NCBI GenBank assembly: GCA_963771275.1
Contig: CAVYSW010000006.1
Location: 32,001 to 96,000, forward strand
Direction of reading: 5' to 3'
DNA: 64,000 bases
Source: an uncultured Gemmatimonadales bacterium
Lineage (GTDB): Bacteria > Gemmatimonadota > Gemmatimonadetes > Gemmatimonadales > GWC2-71-9
Part shown: in pieces, positions 1-9,183 of the stretch
Layout of the letters: each line of letters begins with the position of its first letter
Numbering within the stretch: position 1 is the first letter of the stretch
Made by a program: the position numbers and the translations under genes
The notes under the pieces: generated by a model
Told to the model about the DNA's origin: nothing
The model's database searches: none
Seen by the model: only the letters and a program-made list of their open reading frames with translations

Positions 1-1148
1 TGACGGTTCTCCGGGAACAGCTCGAGCACCAGCCGGTCGGTGCGGTGGAGGTCGCGCACGTCACCCGAGAGCACCACCCAGCGGAACGGGCCTTTCCCTT
101 CGCAGAACAACGGGCGCACGTACTCGGGCACGTAGCCCGGGATGTCGAACGCGTCCGCGACGCCCGCGTCGAGCGCCTCCGTGCGGATGTTGTTGCCGTA
201 GTCGAACGCGACCGCCCCGCCACGCTGCAGGTCGAGCATGGCGCGGACGTGCGCCACGATCGACGCCCGGGCGCGCCGCACGTATTCCTCCGGCTCGCGG
301 CGCCGCAGCTCGGCCGCCGCCGCCAGGGTCAGTCCGGCCGGGATGTACCCGTTGAGCGGATCGTGCGCCGAAGTCTGATCGGTCAGCACGTCCGGCATCC
401 AGCCGCGCCGCACGATCTCCGGCAGCACCTCGGCGCAGTTGCCTGGCAGCCCCACGGACAGGGCCTTCCGTGCGGCCTTGGCGCGCTCCACCTGCTCGAT
501 CGCCTCGTCGAGCGAGCGCGCGGCCACGTCGAGGTAGCGGGTGGCGAGCCGGCGCTCGATGCGCGCCGGGTCCACCTCCACCGCGAGCATCACGCCCCCG
601 TTCATCGTGGCGGCGAGCGGCTGCGCGCCACCCATGCCCCCCAGCCCCCCGGTGAGCACGGTGCGGCCCGCCAGCGTCCCGCCGAAGTGCCGCCGCCCGA
701 CCGCCCCGAACGTCTCGTACGTGCCCTGGAGAATCCCCTGCGTCCCGATGTAGATCCAGCTGCCGGCCGTCATCTGCCCGAACATGATGAGGCCGGCCCG
801 CTCGAGCTCGCGGAACTTGTCCCAGGTGGCCCACCGGCCCACGAGGTTCGCGTTCGCGATCAGCACGCGCGGCGCGTCCGGGTGCGTGCGGAACACGCCG
901 ACCGGCTTCCCCGACTGCACGAGCAGGGTCTCGTCGTTTTCCAGGGTGCGGAGCGTGCGGCAGATCGCGTCGAAGCAGGGCCAGTCCCGCGCGGCCTTGC
1001 CCGTGCCGCCGTACACCACCAGATCCTGCGGTCGCTCGGCGACGTCCGGATCGAGGTTGTTCATCAGCATGCGCAGCGCCGCTTCCTGGATCCATCCCTT
1101 GCACGACAGGTCGGTTCCGCGTGGCGCCCGCACCGTTCGGGTCGTCAT
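1..1148 (-). CDS. hutU: Urocanate hydratase (3' end runs off the window)
   Basis: Manual translation from ATG at 1148: [60 protein letters not shown] overlap with the hutH stop. Not in the ORF track because there is no stop in the window. Confidence 0.96.
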   Translation of the reverse strand, partial: MTTRTVRAPRGTDLSCKGWIQEAALRMLMNNLDPDVAERPQDLVVYGGTGKAARDWPCFDAICRTLRTLENDETLLVQSGKPVGVFRTHPDAPRVLIANANLVGRWATWDKFRELERAGLIMFGQMTAGSWIYIGTQGILQGTYETFGAVGRRHFGGTLAGRTVLTGGLGGMGGAQPLAATMNGGVMLAVEVDPARIERRLATRYLDVAARSLDEAIEQVERAKAARKALSVGLPGNCAEVLPEIVRRGWMPDVLTDQTSAHDPLNGYIPAGLTLAAAAELRRREPEEYVRRARASIVAHVRAMLDLQRGGAVAFDYGNNIRTEALDAGVADAFDIPGYVPEYVRPLFCEGKGPFRWVVLSGDVRDLHRTDRLVLELFPENR

Positions 1149-2668
1149 AGCAGCGTCTCCCTGGCCGTCAGCATGAACAGGGCTTCGAGGTCCGGGCTGA
1201 GCACGCGATCGGCCGCCAGCGGCGCCACCACCTTGCGGACCCGCGCGTGGAGCCGCTCGACCCCACGCCCCGGCCGGAGCGGCTTGCGGTACTCGAGGGC
1301 CTGCGCCGCGCACAGCAGCTCCGCCGCCACGACGCGCTGCGCGTTGGCGAGCACGCGGCGGGTCTTGTGGGCCGCGGCCATCCCCATCGGCACGACGTCC
1401 TCCTGGCTCGCGCTCGTCGGGATGGACTGCACGCTGGCCGCCGTGCAGAGAGACCGCGCCTCCGCGACCAGCGACGCCGCGGTGATCTGCACCATCATGA
1501 GACCGGAGTCCACCCCAGGCCGGGCGGCGAGAAACGCGGGCAGCCCGTCGGACAGATCGGGATTGAGCAGCCGCTCCACCCGTCGCTCGGCGATGCCGGC
1601 CAGCGTCGTGAGCGCGATCGCCAGCACGTCGAGCGCCAGCGCCACCGGTTGGCCGTGGAAGTTGCCACCCGACAGGATGGCGTCCTCGAACACCAGCGGG
1701 TTGTCGGTCGAGGCGTTGAGCTCGACGATCGCGATGCCGGCCGCGAACTCGACGGCGTCGTGCACCGGGCCAAGCACCTGCGGGGTGCAGCGCAGGCTGT
1801 AGGCGTCCTGCACGCGGGGATCATCGTGGCGGTGCGACTCCCGGATCTCGCTGTCCGCCAGCAGCTCGCGCAGCAGCGCCGCCGAGGCGAGCTGTCCCGG
1901 GTGGGGCCGCGCCCGGTGGATGCGCTCGTCGAACGGCTCCGGGGTGCCGCGCAGCGCCTCGAGCGACATGGCCGCCGCGCCATGCGCCGTGCGCCACAGG
2001 CGCCGTGCGTCGTGAACCAGCAGTGCCAGCACGGCCGTCTGCACCTGCGTGCCGTTGACCAGCGCCACGCCCTCCTTGGCCTCGAGGCGCAGCGGCGCAA
2101 TCCCGGCCCGCCGGAGCGCGTCCCGCGCCGGCATGCGCGTCGCGGGCGCCGTCGCGTCGTCGGGACGCCGCACATCCACGTCCCCCTCACCCAGCAGCGC
2201 CAGCGCGATGTGCGCGAGCGGAGCGAGATCGCCCGACGCCCCAACGCTCCCCTGCTCCGGCACCACCGGATGGATCCCGGCGTTGAGCAGCAGCACGAGG
2301 TGCTCGGCGACTTCCGGGCGGGCACCGCTGGTTTCCCGCAGCAGCACGTTCGCCCGCAGCACCATCGCGGCGCGCACCACGTCTTCGGGCAGCGGCGCGC
2401 CCACCCCGGCCGCATGGCTCAGGATCAGGTTGCGCTGCAGCTCGCGCAGCTGCTCCGGCGGAATCCGCACGTTGGCGAGCTTGCCGAACCCCGTGTTCAC
2501 CGCATAGATGGTGGCGCCGCTCGCGAGGGCGCCCTCGATCCGCTCACGCGACCGGACGGCCCGTCGCGCCGCCTCGGGGGCGATCGTCACGGGGGCGAAG
2601 TCCCGCGCGACGGCCACGACGCCCGCGATCGTGAGGGAGGCACCGTCGAGCGTGATGGGTGGAGGCAT
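1145..2668 (-). CDS. hutH: Histidine ammonia-lyase
   Basis: [12 protein letters not shown] (MIO-forming ASG), [18 protein letters not shown]; adjacent to hutU. Confidence 0.96.
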   Translation of the reverse strand: MPPPITLDGASLTIAGVVAVARDFAPVTIAPEAARRAVRSRERIEGALASGATIYAVNTGFGKLANVRIPPEQLRELQRNLILSHAAGVGAPLPEDVVRAAMVLRANVLLRETSGARPEVAEHLVLLLNAGIHPVVPEQGSVGASGDLAPLAHIALALLGEGDVDVRRPDDATAPATRMPARDALRRAGIAPLRLEAKEGVALVNGTQVQTAVLALLVHDARRLWRTAHGAAAMSLEALRGTPEPFDERIHRARPHPGQLASAALLRELLADSEIRESHRHDDPRVQDAYSLRCTPQVLGPVHDAVEFAAGIAIVELNASTDNPLVFEDAILSGGNFHGQPVALALDVLAIALTTLAGIAERRVERLLNPDLSDGLPAFLAARPGVDSGLMMVQITAASLVAEARSLCTAASVQSIPTSASQEDVVPMGMAAAHKTRRVLANAQRVVAAELLCAAQALEYRKPLRPGRGVERLHARVRKVVAPLAADRVLSPDLEALFMLTARETLL

Positions 2669-2718
2669 GACGGTAAGTTAGACGACGGGCCGCAGCTTGC
2701 GCGAGTCGCGCGGCTGCT

Positions 2719-2806
2719 CAATGTCCAATGGTCAATGGCCGAATAGCCGACGGCTTTCGGCCATCGGCTATCGGCTATCGGCTTTCGGCTACCGGGTGTC
2801 GGCTAC
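2719..2806. repeat. Degenerate tandem heptamer repeats (CAATGNN x3, then CGGCTAT-like x8)
   Basis: caatgtc caatggt caatggc ... cggcttt cggccat cggctat cggctat cggcttt cggctac cgggtgt cggctac; atagccga is complementary to tcggctat. Confidence 0.85.
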
Positions 2807-3960
2807 CGGCGCCGTACCACCACCGCGCCCTGCGCCTCGCTGGTCGTGAGCCCGCCGTGGACCTGGAGCTCGGGGTTCCCCGGGTCGGTCTGGTAGCTCC
2901 AGTCGAAGATGACGAAGTTCTGCCCCACATGCGTCGGCCGGATGGCGCCGTAGCGGGCGAAACTGTCGCCGCCATCCATCTCGAACACGTAGCCGAACCC
3001 AGGCTGCGCCAGCAGCTGCGTCGAGCCGAAGCCCGACAGCGGGGCGATGTCAATCGACGTGAGGTCGTCGACCGGGCTCAAGCCGTACTGCGTCACGGTG
3101 GCCTGCGCCGGCGCAACGAACAGCTGCTGGGTTCCTGGGTCGCGGTGAATCGTGAAATCCGACGCGGTCGACGCGGCGCCCACGAGCCCGAGCTCGCCCG
3201 GATCCACCTGCCCGTTGCCGTTCAGGTCCTGGAAGAAGCGGAACCCGGCCTGGCTCTGGTTCACGGCGTCGGCGTAGATCACCACGTTGCGCGCGTCGGG
3301 GCGCGGCGTGTCGAACCGCAGCGGCGACCACAGGCTCTCCCAGCCCTCGATGCTCTCGGCCGACACCCCGAAGCAGCGCGGTACGCCGTTCTCGAGCGCC
3401 GCGGCGATGAACTCCGGAGACACCGTCGTCCCCTCCAGCGCCCAGGTCGCGTCGCACAGATTCTGGTCGATCGAGTACCCCGTGCTGTAGACGCGGTACT
3501 CCATGAAGCCGCTCGGCTCCGAGGTAAACGGCGTGTCGTCCCACGCCAGGTAGATCGCGCCGTTGAGCGAGGTGCTGGTGAGGTACGTCGGCGCGCTGAG
3601 CCGCAGGCGCTCGTCCACCTCCACCTCGGTGAGGGCGCTCTCATCCCCGCTCGTGCTCACCGCCGACACGGCGTAGTCCAAGTCGGGGATGCCCGCGTCG
3701 TGGAACGTCGTGGACGTGGTCTCGCCCCGCAGGTCGTACTGGCCCGATGAGCCGGGTCGCGAGTAGACACGGTAGACGGCGAGATCGCTCGCCGGCACGG
3801 GATCCCACTGGAGCAGAATACCCGCCGGCGCCTGCGGGTCGCCGCTCGCGTCGAGCACGTAGAACAGGTTCTGAGGCCGGTCGATCGTGACGACCACGAC
3901 GTCGTTGCTGCACGCCGCCGCCGCGACCAGCCCAACGAGTAGCACGGGGTATCGCATCAT
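2803..3960 (-). CDS. Lipoprotein with two fibronectin type III-like repeats
   Basis: MMRYPVLLVGLVAAAA-C lipobox; two W...YRVYS...Y/F-x-VSA...G-x-ES repeats; DLNGNGQVD Ca-binding-like motif; start chosen from a GAGG RBS. Confidence 0.75.
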   Translation of the reverse strand: MMRYPVLLVGLVAAAACSNDVVVVTIDRPQNLFYVLDASGDPQAPAGILLQWDPVPASDLAVYRVYSRPGSSGQYDLRGETTSTTFHDAGIPDLDYAVSAVSTSGDESALTEVEVDERLRLSAPTYLTSTSLNGAIYLAWDDTPFTSEPSGFMEYRVYSTGYSIDQNLCDATWALEGTTVSPEFIAAALENGVPRCFGVSAESIEGWESLWSPLRFDTPRPDARNVVIYADAVNQSQAGFRFFQDLNGNGQVDPGELGLVGAASTASDFTIHRDPGTQQLFVAPAQATVTQYGLSPVDDLTSIDIAPLSGFGSTQLLAQPGFGYVFEMDGGDSFARYGAIRPTHVGQNFVIFDWSYQTDPGNPELQVHGGLTTSEAQGAVVVRRR

Positions 3961-3997
3961 GACCATTCGCCTCGTGGAAGACTCCGGCACGACCAAG

Positions 3998-4013
3998 AGC
4001 ATGGGCCGTGCCC
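3998..4013 (-). promoter_or_regulatory. Putative sigma54 (-24/-12) promoter
   Basis: Minus strand gGGCACggcccATGCt (GG-N10-GC), about 40 nt upstream of the lipoprotein start. Confidence 0.5.
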
Positions 4014-4041
4014 GGCACTGAATGTCCAATAACCAATTGCC

Positions 4042-4054
4042 AGTCAACAACTTA
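4042..4054. promoter_or_regulatory. Putative IHF site
   Basis: AGTCAAcaacTTA, one mismatch to WATCAANNNNTTR, in an AT-rich patch just upstream of the sigma54-like site. Confidence 0.35.
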
Positions 4055-4145
4055 GCACAACGGACGATCACCTCATCGGTGTCCCCTTTTTCGGACGAAT
4101 CCGCACGAACCCGCACCCAGGCTCGCCCGGACGGGCAGGCCCCGT

Positions 4146-7100
4146 TTACCTGCCCTGTGTGAGCGTCTGCTGATCGTATTGCAGCTTGATATCCGGCTGG
4201 TCGAGCAGCGAGATGAAGAAGTTGAATGCGAAGTTCCCGTTGGGCGACTTGAGGAACTGGAACGTCGCGCGCCAGCGGTGCAGGTCGCGCTCGAGCCGCA
4301 CGACGTGCTGGCCGAACTGCTTCGTGGTGAGGTTGTACTGCGTGCTCCAGGAGAGGGACCAGTTCCTCGTGGGGTCGAAGGCGAACGACAGACCGAGCGT
4401 CTGGTTGTCCGTGAACGCGCTGGGGACCGACGGGCTCTCTGCGCCGGTCGGGCGCTGGCGCTGGCTATCATACGTCACCGAGAGCGAGAGCGGGCGCTTG
4501 CCGGTCCCGCGCGTGGGGCGCAGGTCGTAGTCCTGGAACCGGTCTCCTCTGGACGTCGGGATCAGGCTCGGGGTGACGGCCGTATCGAGCGGCTCAGGGC
4601 GCTCCTCGTCGGTCGACGGGGTCGGGCCGTGCCCCGTGATCAGCCCAACGATGCTGCTGAACGTCCGCTGCGACACAGTGAATCGCGCCGAGACGTGGCT
4701 GAGGAACGGGGCGAACTTGGCGCTGTCGGTGCCCACCGGTCCGTCCCACAGATCGTGCGTGATCCCCAGCGAGAAGCCGGGCAGCAGGTCCGAGGTGAAC
4801 TGGTTGCTGATCGACGACGTGACCCACCCGGTGCGACCCTCTTCCTTCGCCTGCTCGAAATCGTAGCTGAGATCCGACGTCTGAATGCCGAGCAGCTTGA
4901 CCTTGCGGGCGTTGGCGGGGTCGGTGGTCGTGTCGCCCGGGGCCGGGCGCAGCTTGCCCTCGAGGTTCTGCGTCAGGCCGAACGAGATCCGATGCTGCGC
5001 GGGGCTGCGCAGCTGCGGGGTCCTGCCCGGTCCCGCGAGGGCGCGCGCGTACTCTTCGGGCACGTTCGCCGCCGGCGCGTAGCTCCAGCGGATGACCGGC
5101 GAGATCTTGTGGCGCATCCGGCTGATCGGTCCCACGCCGGGAAAGAAGCCGAAGAAGCTCGGCGAGATCCCGGCCCCGAAGGAGAGCCGCTTCCCCTGAC
5201 GGACGAACGACCCGTTCGTGTAGCGGTTCCGCAGCATGAACGCGCCACTCGTGCTGTTCTGGATGCCGATCGTCGGCTGGAGCTTCCACGTGGCCGGGAA
5301 CAGGGCGGGCAGACCGAAACCCGTGCTCCAGTCCACCGACGTGGCAAAGCTCAGGCCGAAGAACGTGTACGTGGTGTCGCTCGGGTCGTTGGGGTCCACG
5401 GTCAGCACGCTGTCACGCCCTTCGCGCATCTCGTCGTGCACCGAGATGCTGTTCTGCCAGTTCCACCCGCCGATGCGAAACGGCGTGCTCAGCTGCAGGT
5501 CGGTGGCGCGGTTCTGGAAGAAGATCGAGTCGACCGGAATCACCGTGTCACCCGGAAGAGGCGGGATCGGTATCGTCCTGGAGAACTGGTGCGACGCGCG
5601 GGAGTTGGTGAACGTGAGACTCGGTGACCACGTGACGAAGCTCGCGAGGTCGATCGGCATCGGACTCAGCGTCAGCGTGGGGAGCGTCTGCGTGACCCCT
5701 CCGTTGGTGAGATCCTGCTGCAGCGATCCGCCGAGCGACAGCGTGCCCCAGCCGAACACCTTGGAGAAGTTGATGGCGCTGTTCAGCTTGGCGGTCGCGA
5801 CGTAGGGATCCACCGTGTTGCGCTCCACCACCCGCGCGCTGGTGACGTAGTCCACGCTCGCCGCGAGCCGGGTGCGGACGTTGAAGTTCTGGTCGTGGCG
5901 CCACTGCACCCCAAGCGAGCGGCCACCCGGTCCGGCGTCGGTGCCATGCTCCCACAGACGCGTGAGGGCGATGCCCCCCTGGAGGAACCGGTCCAGCCAG
6001 CGGTAGCGAAACTGGCCGTTCAAGGAGGTGGAGGTCCCGGCATACCAGTCCATCGACGCCTGGAAGTCGAGGTAGTCGCTGAGGGCGAAGTAGTACCCGA
6101 CGTTGGTCACGTGGCGGGCGTACCCCTGATTGGGACGCACCAGGTCGTTGATCCCGAAGCGCGGCACGAGCATGCCGCTGCGACGGCCGGGACGCATGTC
6201 CTGGAAGATGAACGGCAGCCAGAGCACCGGGACATCCCGCACGTACAGCACCACGGGCCTGGCGATCAGAATCGTGTTGTTCACCCACTTCACCGAGCCG
6301 GCCCGGAAGTGGTAGTGCGGGATCGGCAGCTCGCAGCTCGTCAGATCGCTGCTGCGGGCGAACAGACGCACGGACGCGGAGTCGATGGAGAGCCCGCCGC
6401 GAAGGAACCAGTCCACACCCGACTGGACGAAGTTGGTGAGCGCCTCGTCCACGAAACCGCGGCGCTCGCAGGTGTCGTAGCGCATCTGGTGCCCCACCAG
6501 CACGGTGCCCTTCTGAAACAGCGTCGGCCGGCCGCGCGCCAGCAGCTCGCAGCGGGCCTGGCGAAACCGCACGGTGTCGGCCTCGAGGGTCGCGCCCTCC
6601 TGCTCGACGAGGCCCTGCCCCACCAGCGCCACCGCCTGGGAATCGGCGAACAGGGTGACGCTGTCGGCGGCGTAGCGGACGATCTTGTACGCGGTGTCTG
6701 CGAGCAGGGCGCGGATGATGGAGTCGGCCTCGGGGAAGGAGCGGGTGGGCGCGGTGGGAAGCCCCAGTTGCCGGGCCGCCGCCGTATCGAGGCCCTGTCC
6801 CGGTCCCGCGCGGGCGCGCAGGCTGTCCTGGGCGACGACCCGCGTCGAGTCGGCGCGCGGCGGCCGGGGCGGCCGCTGCGCGTGCAGGACCCCGGGAGCC
6901 GCCAGCGCCACCAGCACCAGGAGACCAGCCACCCCCCCGAGCTTGGGCTGCTGCCGCGCCTTCCAGACGATCCGCGCGATGAGGACCCCACCCTCGTAGA
7001 GCAGGATCAGCGGGATCAGCAGCATCATCATCGAGAGGGCGTCGGGCGGCGTCAGGATCGCCGCGACGATCGACGCGATCACCAGGGCGATGGGCCGGTT

Positions 7101-7685
7101 GCGGGCGAAGAACTTCGGGTTCACCAGCCCGAATGCCGCGAGCAGCACGATCACCAGCGGCAGCTCGAACATCACGCCAAACGCGAGCACGAGCTGGGCG
7201 GCAAACCCGAAGTACTCGTCGGCCGTGATGATCGACTCGAGATCGGCCCGCTGGAAGCTGAACAGGATCCTCAGCGCCGCAGGCAGGACCCATTCGTACG
7301 CGATCGACACCCCGACCACGAACAGCACCAGCCCGGCGAACAGGGCCGGCACGACGAACCGCTTCTCGCGCTGGTACAAGGCCGGAGAGAAGAACGCCCA
7401 CACCTGCCAGATGACGATCGGCGCCGCCAGCACGATGCCGACGAGCGCCGCGAGCTTGAGCGTGATGATGAACGCATCGGTGGGGCGGGTGATGAACAGC
7501 TTGCCGTCCGGCAGAAACGGCGCGATCGGGCGCTTGAGCAGCGACAGGACATCGAAATGCTGTACCACCAGGAAGCCGATGAGCGTACCGGCGATGACCG
7601 CGGTGAGGCTCCAGAGGATGCGCCACCGCAGCTCTTCCAGGTGATCCAGGAAGGGCATTTCGCCCCGCGTGCGCGCTTCGTCCAT
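4146..7685 (-). CDS. tatC: TatC - LptD-like (LPS assembly OMP) fusion protein, 1179 aa
   Basis: aa 1-~241 are TatC (MPFLDHLEELRWRI, FSPALYQREKR, FELP, TPPD). Then a signal-peptide-like segment, then an LptD-like region (TSCELPIPHYHF, RRSGMLVPRFG, RDLHRWRATF, alternating beta-strands). Confidence 0.85.
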   Translation of the reverse strand: MDEARTRGEMPFLDHLEELRWRILWSLTAVIAGTLIGFLVVQHFDVLSLLKRPIAPFLPDGKLFITRPTDAFIITLKLAALVGIVLAAPIVIWQVWAFFSPALYQREKRFVVPALFAGLVLFVVGVSIAYEWVLPAALRILFSFQRADLESIITADEYFGFAAQLVLAFGVMFELPLVIVLLAAFGLVNPKFFARNRPIALVIASIVAAILTPPDALSMMMLLIPLILLYEGGVLIARIVWKARQQPKLGGVAGLLVLVALAAPGVLHAQRPPRPPRADSTRVVAQDSLRARAGPGQGLDTAAARQLGLPTAPTRSFPEADSIIRALLADTAYKIVRYAADSVTLFADSQAVALVGQGLVEQEGATLEADTVRFRQARCELLARGRPTLFQKGTVLVGHQMRYDTCERRGFVDEALTNFVQSGVDWFLRGGLSIDSASVRLFARSSDLTSCELPIPHYHFRAGSVKWVNNTILIARPVVLYVRDVPVLWLPFIFQDMRPGRRSGMLVPRFGINDLVRPNQGYARHVTNVGYYFALSDYLDFQASMDWYAGTSTSLNGQFRYRWLDRFLQGGIALTRLWEHGTDAGPGGRSLGVQWRHDQNFNVRTRLAASVDYVTSARVVERNTVDPYVATAKLNSAINFSKVFGWGTLSLGGSLQQDLTNGGVTQTLPTLTLSPMPIDLASFVTWSPSLTFTNSRASHQFSRTIPIPPLPGDTVIPVDSIFFQNRATDLQLSTPFRIGGWNWQNSISVHDEMREGRDSVLTVDPNDPSDTTYTFFGLSFATSVDWSTGFGLPALFPATWKLQPTIGIQNSTSGAFMLRNRYTNGSFVRQGKRLSFGAGISPSFFGFFPGVGPISRMRHKISPVIRWSYAPAANVPEEYARALAGPGRTPQLRSPAQHRISFGLTQNLEGKLRPAPGDTTTDPANARKVKLLGIQTSDLSYDFEQAKEEGRTGWVTSSISNQFTSDLLPGFSLGITHDLWDGPVGTDSAKFAPFLSHVSARFTVSQRTFSSIVGLITGHGPTPSTDEERPEPLDTAVTPSLIPTSRGDRFQDYDLRPTRGTGKRPLSLSVTYDSQRQRPTGAESPSVPSAFTDNQTLGLSFAFDPTRNWSLSWSTQYNLTTKQFGQHVVRLERDLHRWRATFQFLKSPNGNFAFNFFISLLDQPDIKLQYDQQTLTQGR

Positions 7686-7713
7686 TCGGGGAAGTACGCC
7701 GCCTGAGCGGCGC

Positions 7714-8484
7714 CTAGGGAGTCGCCTTCAGCTTCTCGCGGGCCAGAACCGCCTCATCCGAGCGCGGATATTCGGCCAGCACCCGCTCGTAGTACCCCTT
7801 CGCGGCCGCCCGGTCCCCGCGCCGCTCCGCCATGAGGCCGAGCTTGTAGAGGGCGGTGGGCGCGCGGATCGACCTGGGGTAACCCCGGATGACCGCCTCG
7901 TAGGCCGCGGCCGCGGAATCCGTGTTGCTCCCGGCCCAGCTCTCGCCCAGGAAGTACAGGGCGTCCGGGACCCGTCCGTGGCTGGGGTAGGCCTGCAGTA
8001 ACTGCTGGAGCGCCGCGCGGGCCGCCTGTGGGCTGCCACGACGCAGCTGCTGCACGCCGAGCTCGAGCAGCTGATCGGCGCTCGGCAGCGCCTCCGCCGT
8101 CGTGTCTCCCCCCGCTCCGCCCGCCGCCGGTACCGCTTGCTGCTGCCCGCGGCGCTCGATCTGGGTGCGCAGCTCCGAGAGGCGCTGCTGGCTCTGGCCC
8201 GCGAGCTCCTGCACCTGGACCAGCTGGCGCTGGATCTCGGTGAGATCGGAGCGCATGTCGCCGCGCATCACCGTGAGCCAGCGCTGCTGCGCCGTCAGGG
8301 AGTCCTGGACCGCGCCCAGCAGGGCGATCACACGTTCCAACTCGACAGCCCGCGCGGAGTCCGCGCGGGCTGTCTCGGCACGCATCTCCTGAAGCTCGCG
8401 TTCCACGCGGCGGACGTCGCCCTTGAGCGCACAACCGCTCAGGGCGACGCACGCCGCGGCAACGACGCTGTACGACCTCCTCAC
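7714..8484 (-). CDS. cpoB: Tol-Pal system protein CpoB/YbgF (coiled coil + TPR lipoprotein)
   Basis: Lipobox LSGC, coiled coil, YP...PDALYFLGES, APTALYKLG; follows pal. Confidence 0.8.
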   Translation of the reverse strand: MRRSYSVVAAACVALSGCALKGDVRRVERELQEMRAETARADSARAVELERVIALLGAVQDSLTAQQRWLTVMRGDMRSDLTEIQRQLVQVQELAGQSQQRLSELRTQIERRGQQQAVPAAGGAGGDTTAEALPSADQLLELGVQQLRRGSPQAARAALQQLLQAYPSHGRVPDALYFLGESWAGSNTDSAAAAYEAVIRGYPRSIRAPTALYKLGLMAERRGDRAAAKGYYERVLAEYPRSDEAVLAREKLKATP

Positions 8485-9119
8485 ATCCCGGCGGGGGCCG
8501 TCAGCTGATCGCCCCCCGCGGTGATGGCAACCTCATCACGCCGGTTCTTGGCCCACGCGTCCTCGGTGTGTCCAGGATCGAGTGGCTGCTCTTCGCCCAG
8601 CGAGGCGGTCATGATCCGGTCCGCCGCAATGCCGCGGTTCACCATGTACTCCTTCGCGGCCAGCGCGCGGCGGTTGCCCAGGGCCAGGTTGTACTCGTCC
8701 GAGCCCCGCTCGTCACAGTTGCCCGTGATCGTGATCCGCAGCATCGGGTTCGCCTGGAGAATCGCGATCTTGGTGTCGAGCATCGCGGCATCGCCGGGGC
8801 GGATGTTCGACTTGTCGAAGTCGAAGTGGATCATCTCGCCGAGCATGCCGGCGACCCGCGCGGTCTCACGGGCGAGGGCCGCCAGGGAGTCGGCGCGACG
8901 GCGCTCCGTGGCGAGCCGCTCGGCCTCGGCCTGCGCGCGGCGAATGCTGTCCTCGCGCGCCCGGGCCGCGGCTTCCGCCCGCGCAATCGAGTCACGAATC
9001 GCCGTTGAATCCACTGCCGGCGCCGGCGGCGGCGCGGGCTTGCCGCCGCAGGCGACCGCCGCAGCGACCACGAGAACACCGAGGCTCAGCGTCAGCGGGA
9101 TGGACAGTCTCATGTGCAT
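8481..9119 (-). CDS. pal: Peptidoglycan-associated lipoprotein (OmpA family)
   Basis: IHFDFDKSNI, GNCDERGSDEYNLALGNRRA, WAKNRRDE; lipobox. Confidence 0.92.
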   Translation of the reverse strand: MHMRLSIPLTLSLGVLVVAAAVACGGKPAPPPAPAVDSTAIRDSIARAEAAARAREDSIRRAQAEAERLATERRRADSLAALARETARVAGMLGEMIHFDFDKSNIRPGDAAMLDTKIAILQANPMLRITITGNCDERGSDEYNLALGNRRALAAKEYMVNRGIAADRIMTASLGEEQPLDPGHTEDAWAKNRRDEVAITAGGDQLTAPAGM

Positions 9120-9183
9120 ACCTCAGCGTGTTGAGAGTTCAGATTCCGTACCGCACGTCAGGAGCTTGGATAGTGGCACCAAT

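Noticed and set aside
45..1802. Long plus-strand ORFs (also 16919-19252, 19005-21290, 23097-25367, 36752-39010, 59245-62298)
   Set aside because: These are antisense shadows of real minus-strand genes in high-GC DNA, Arg/Pro/Ala-rich with no family motifs.
2719..2806. CRISPR array
   Set aside because: Units are 7 nt with no unique spacers, and there are no cas genes in the window.
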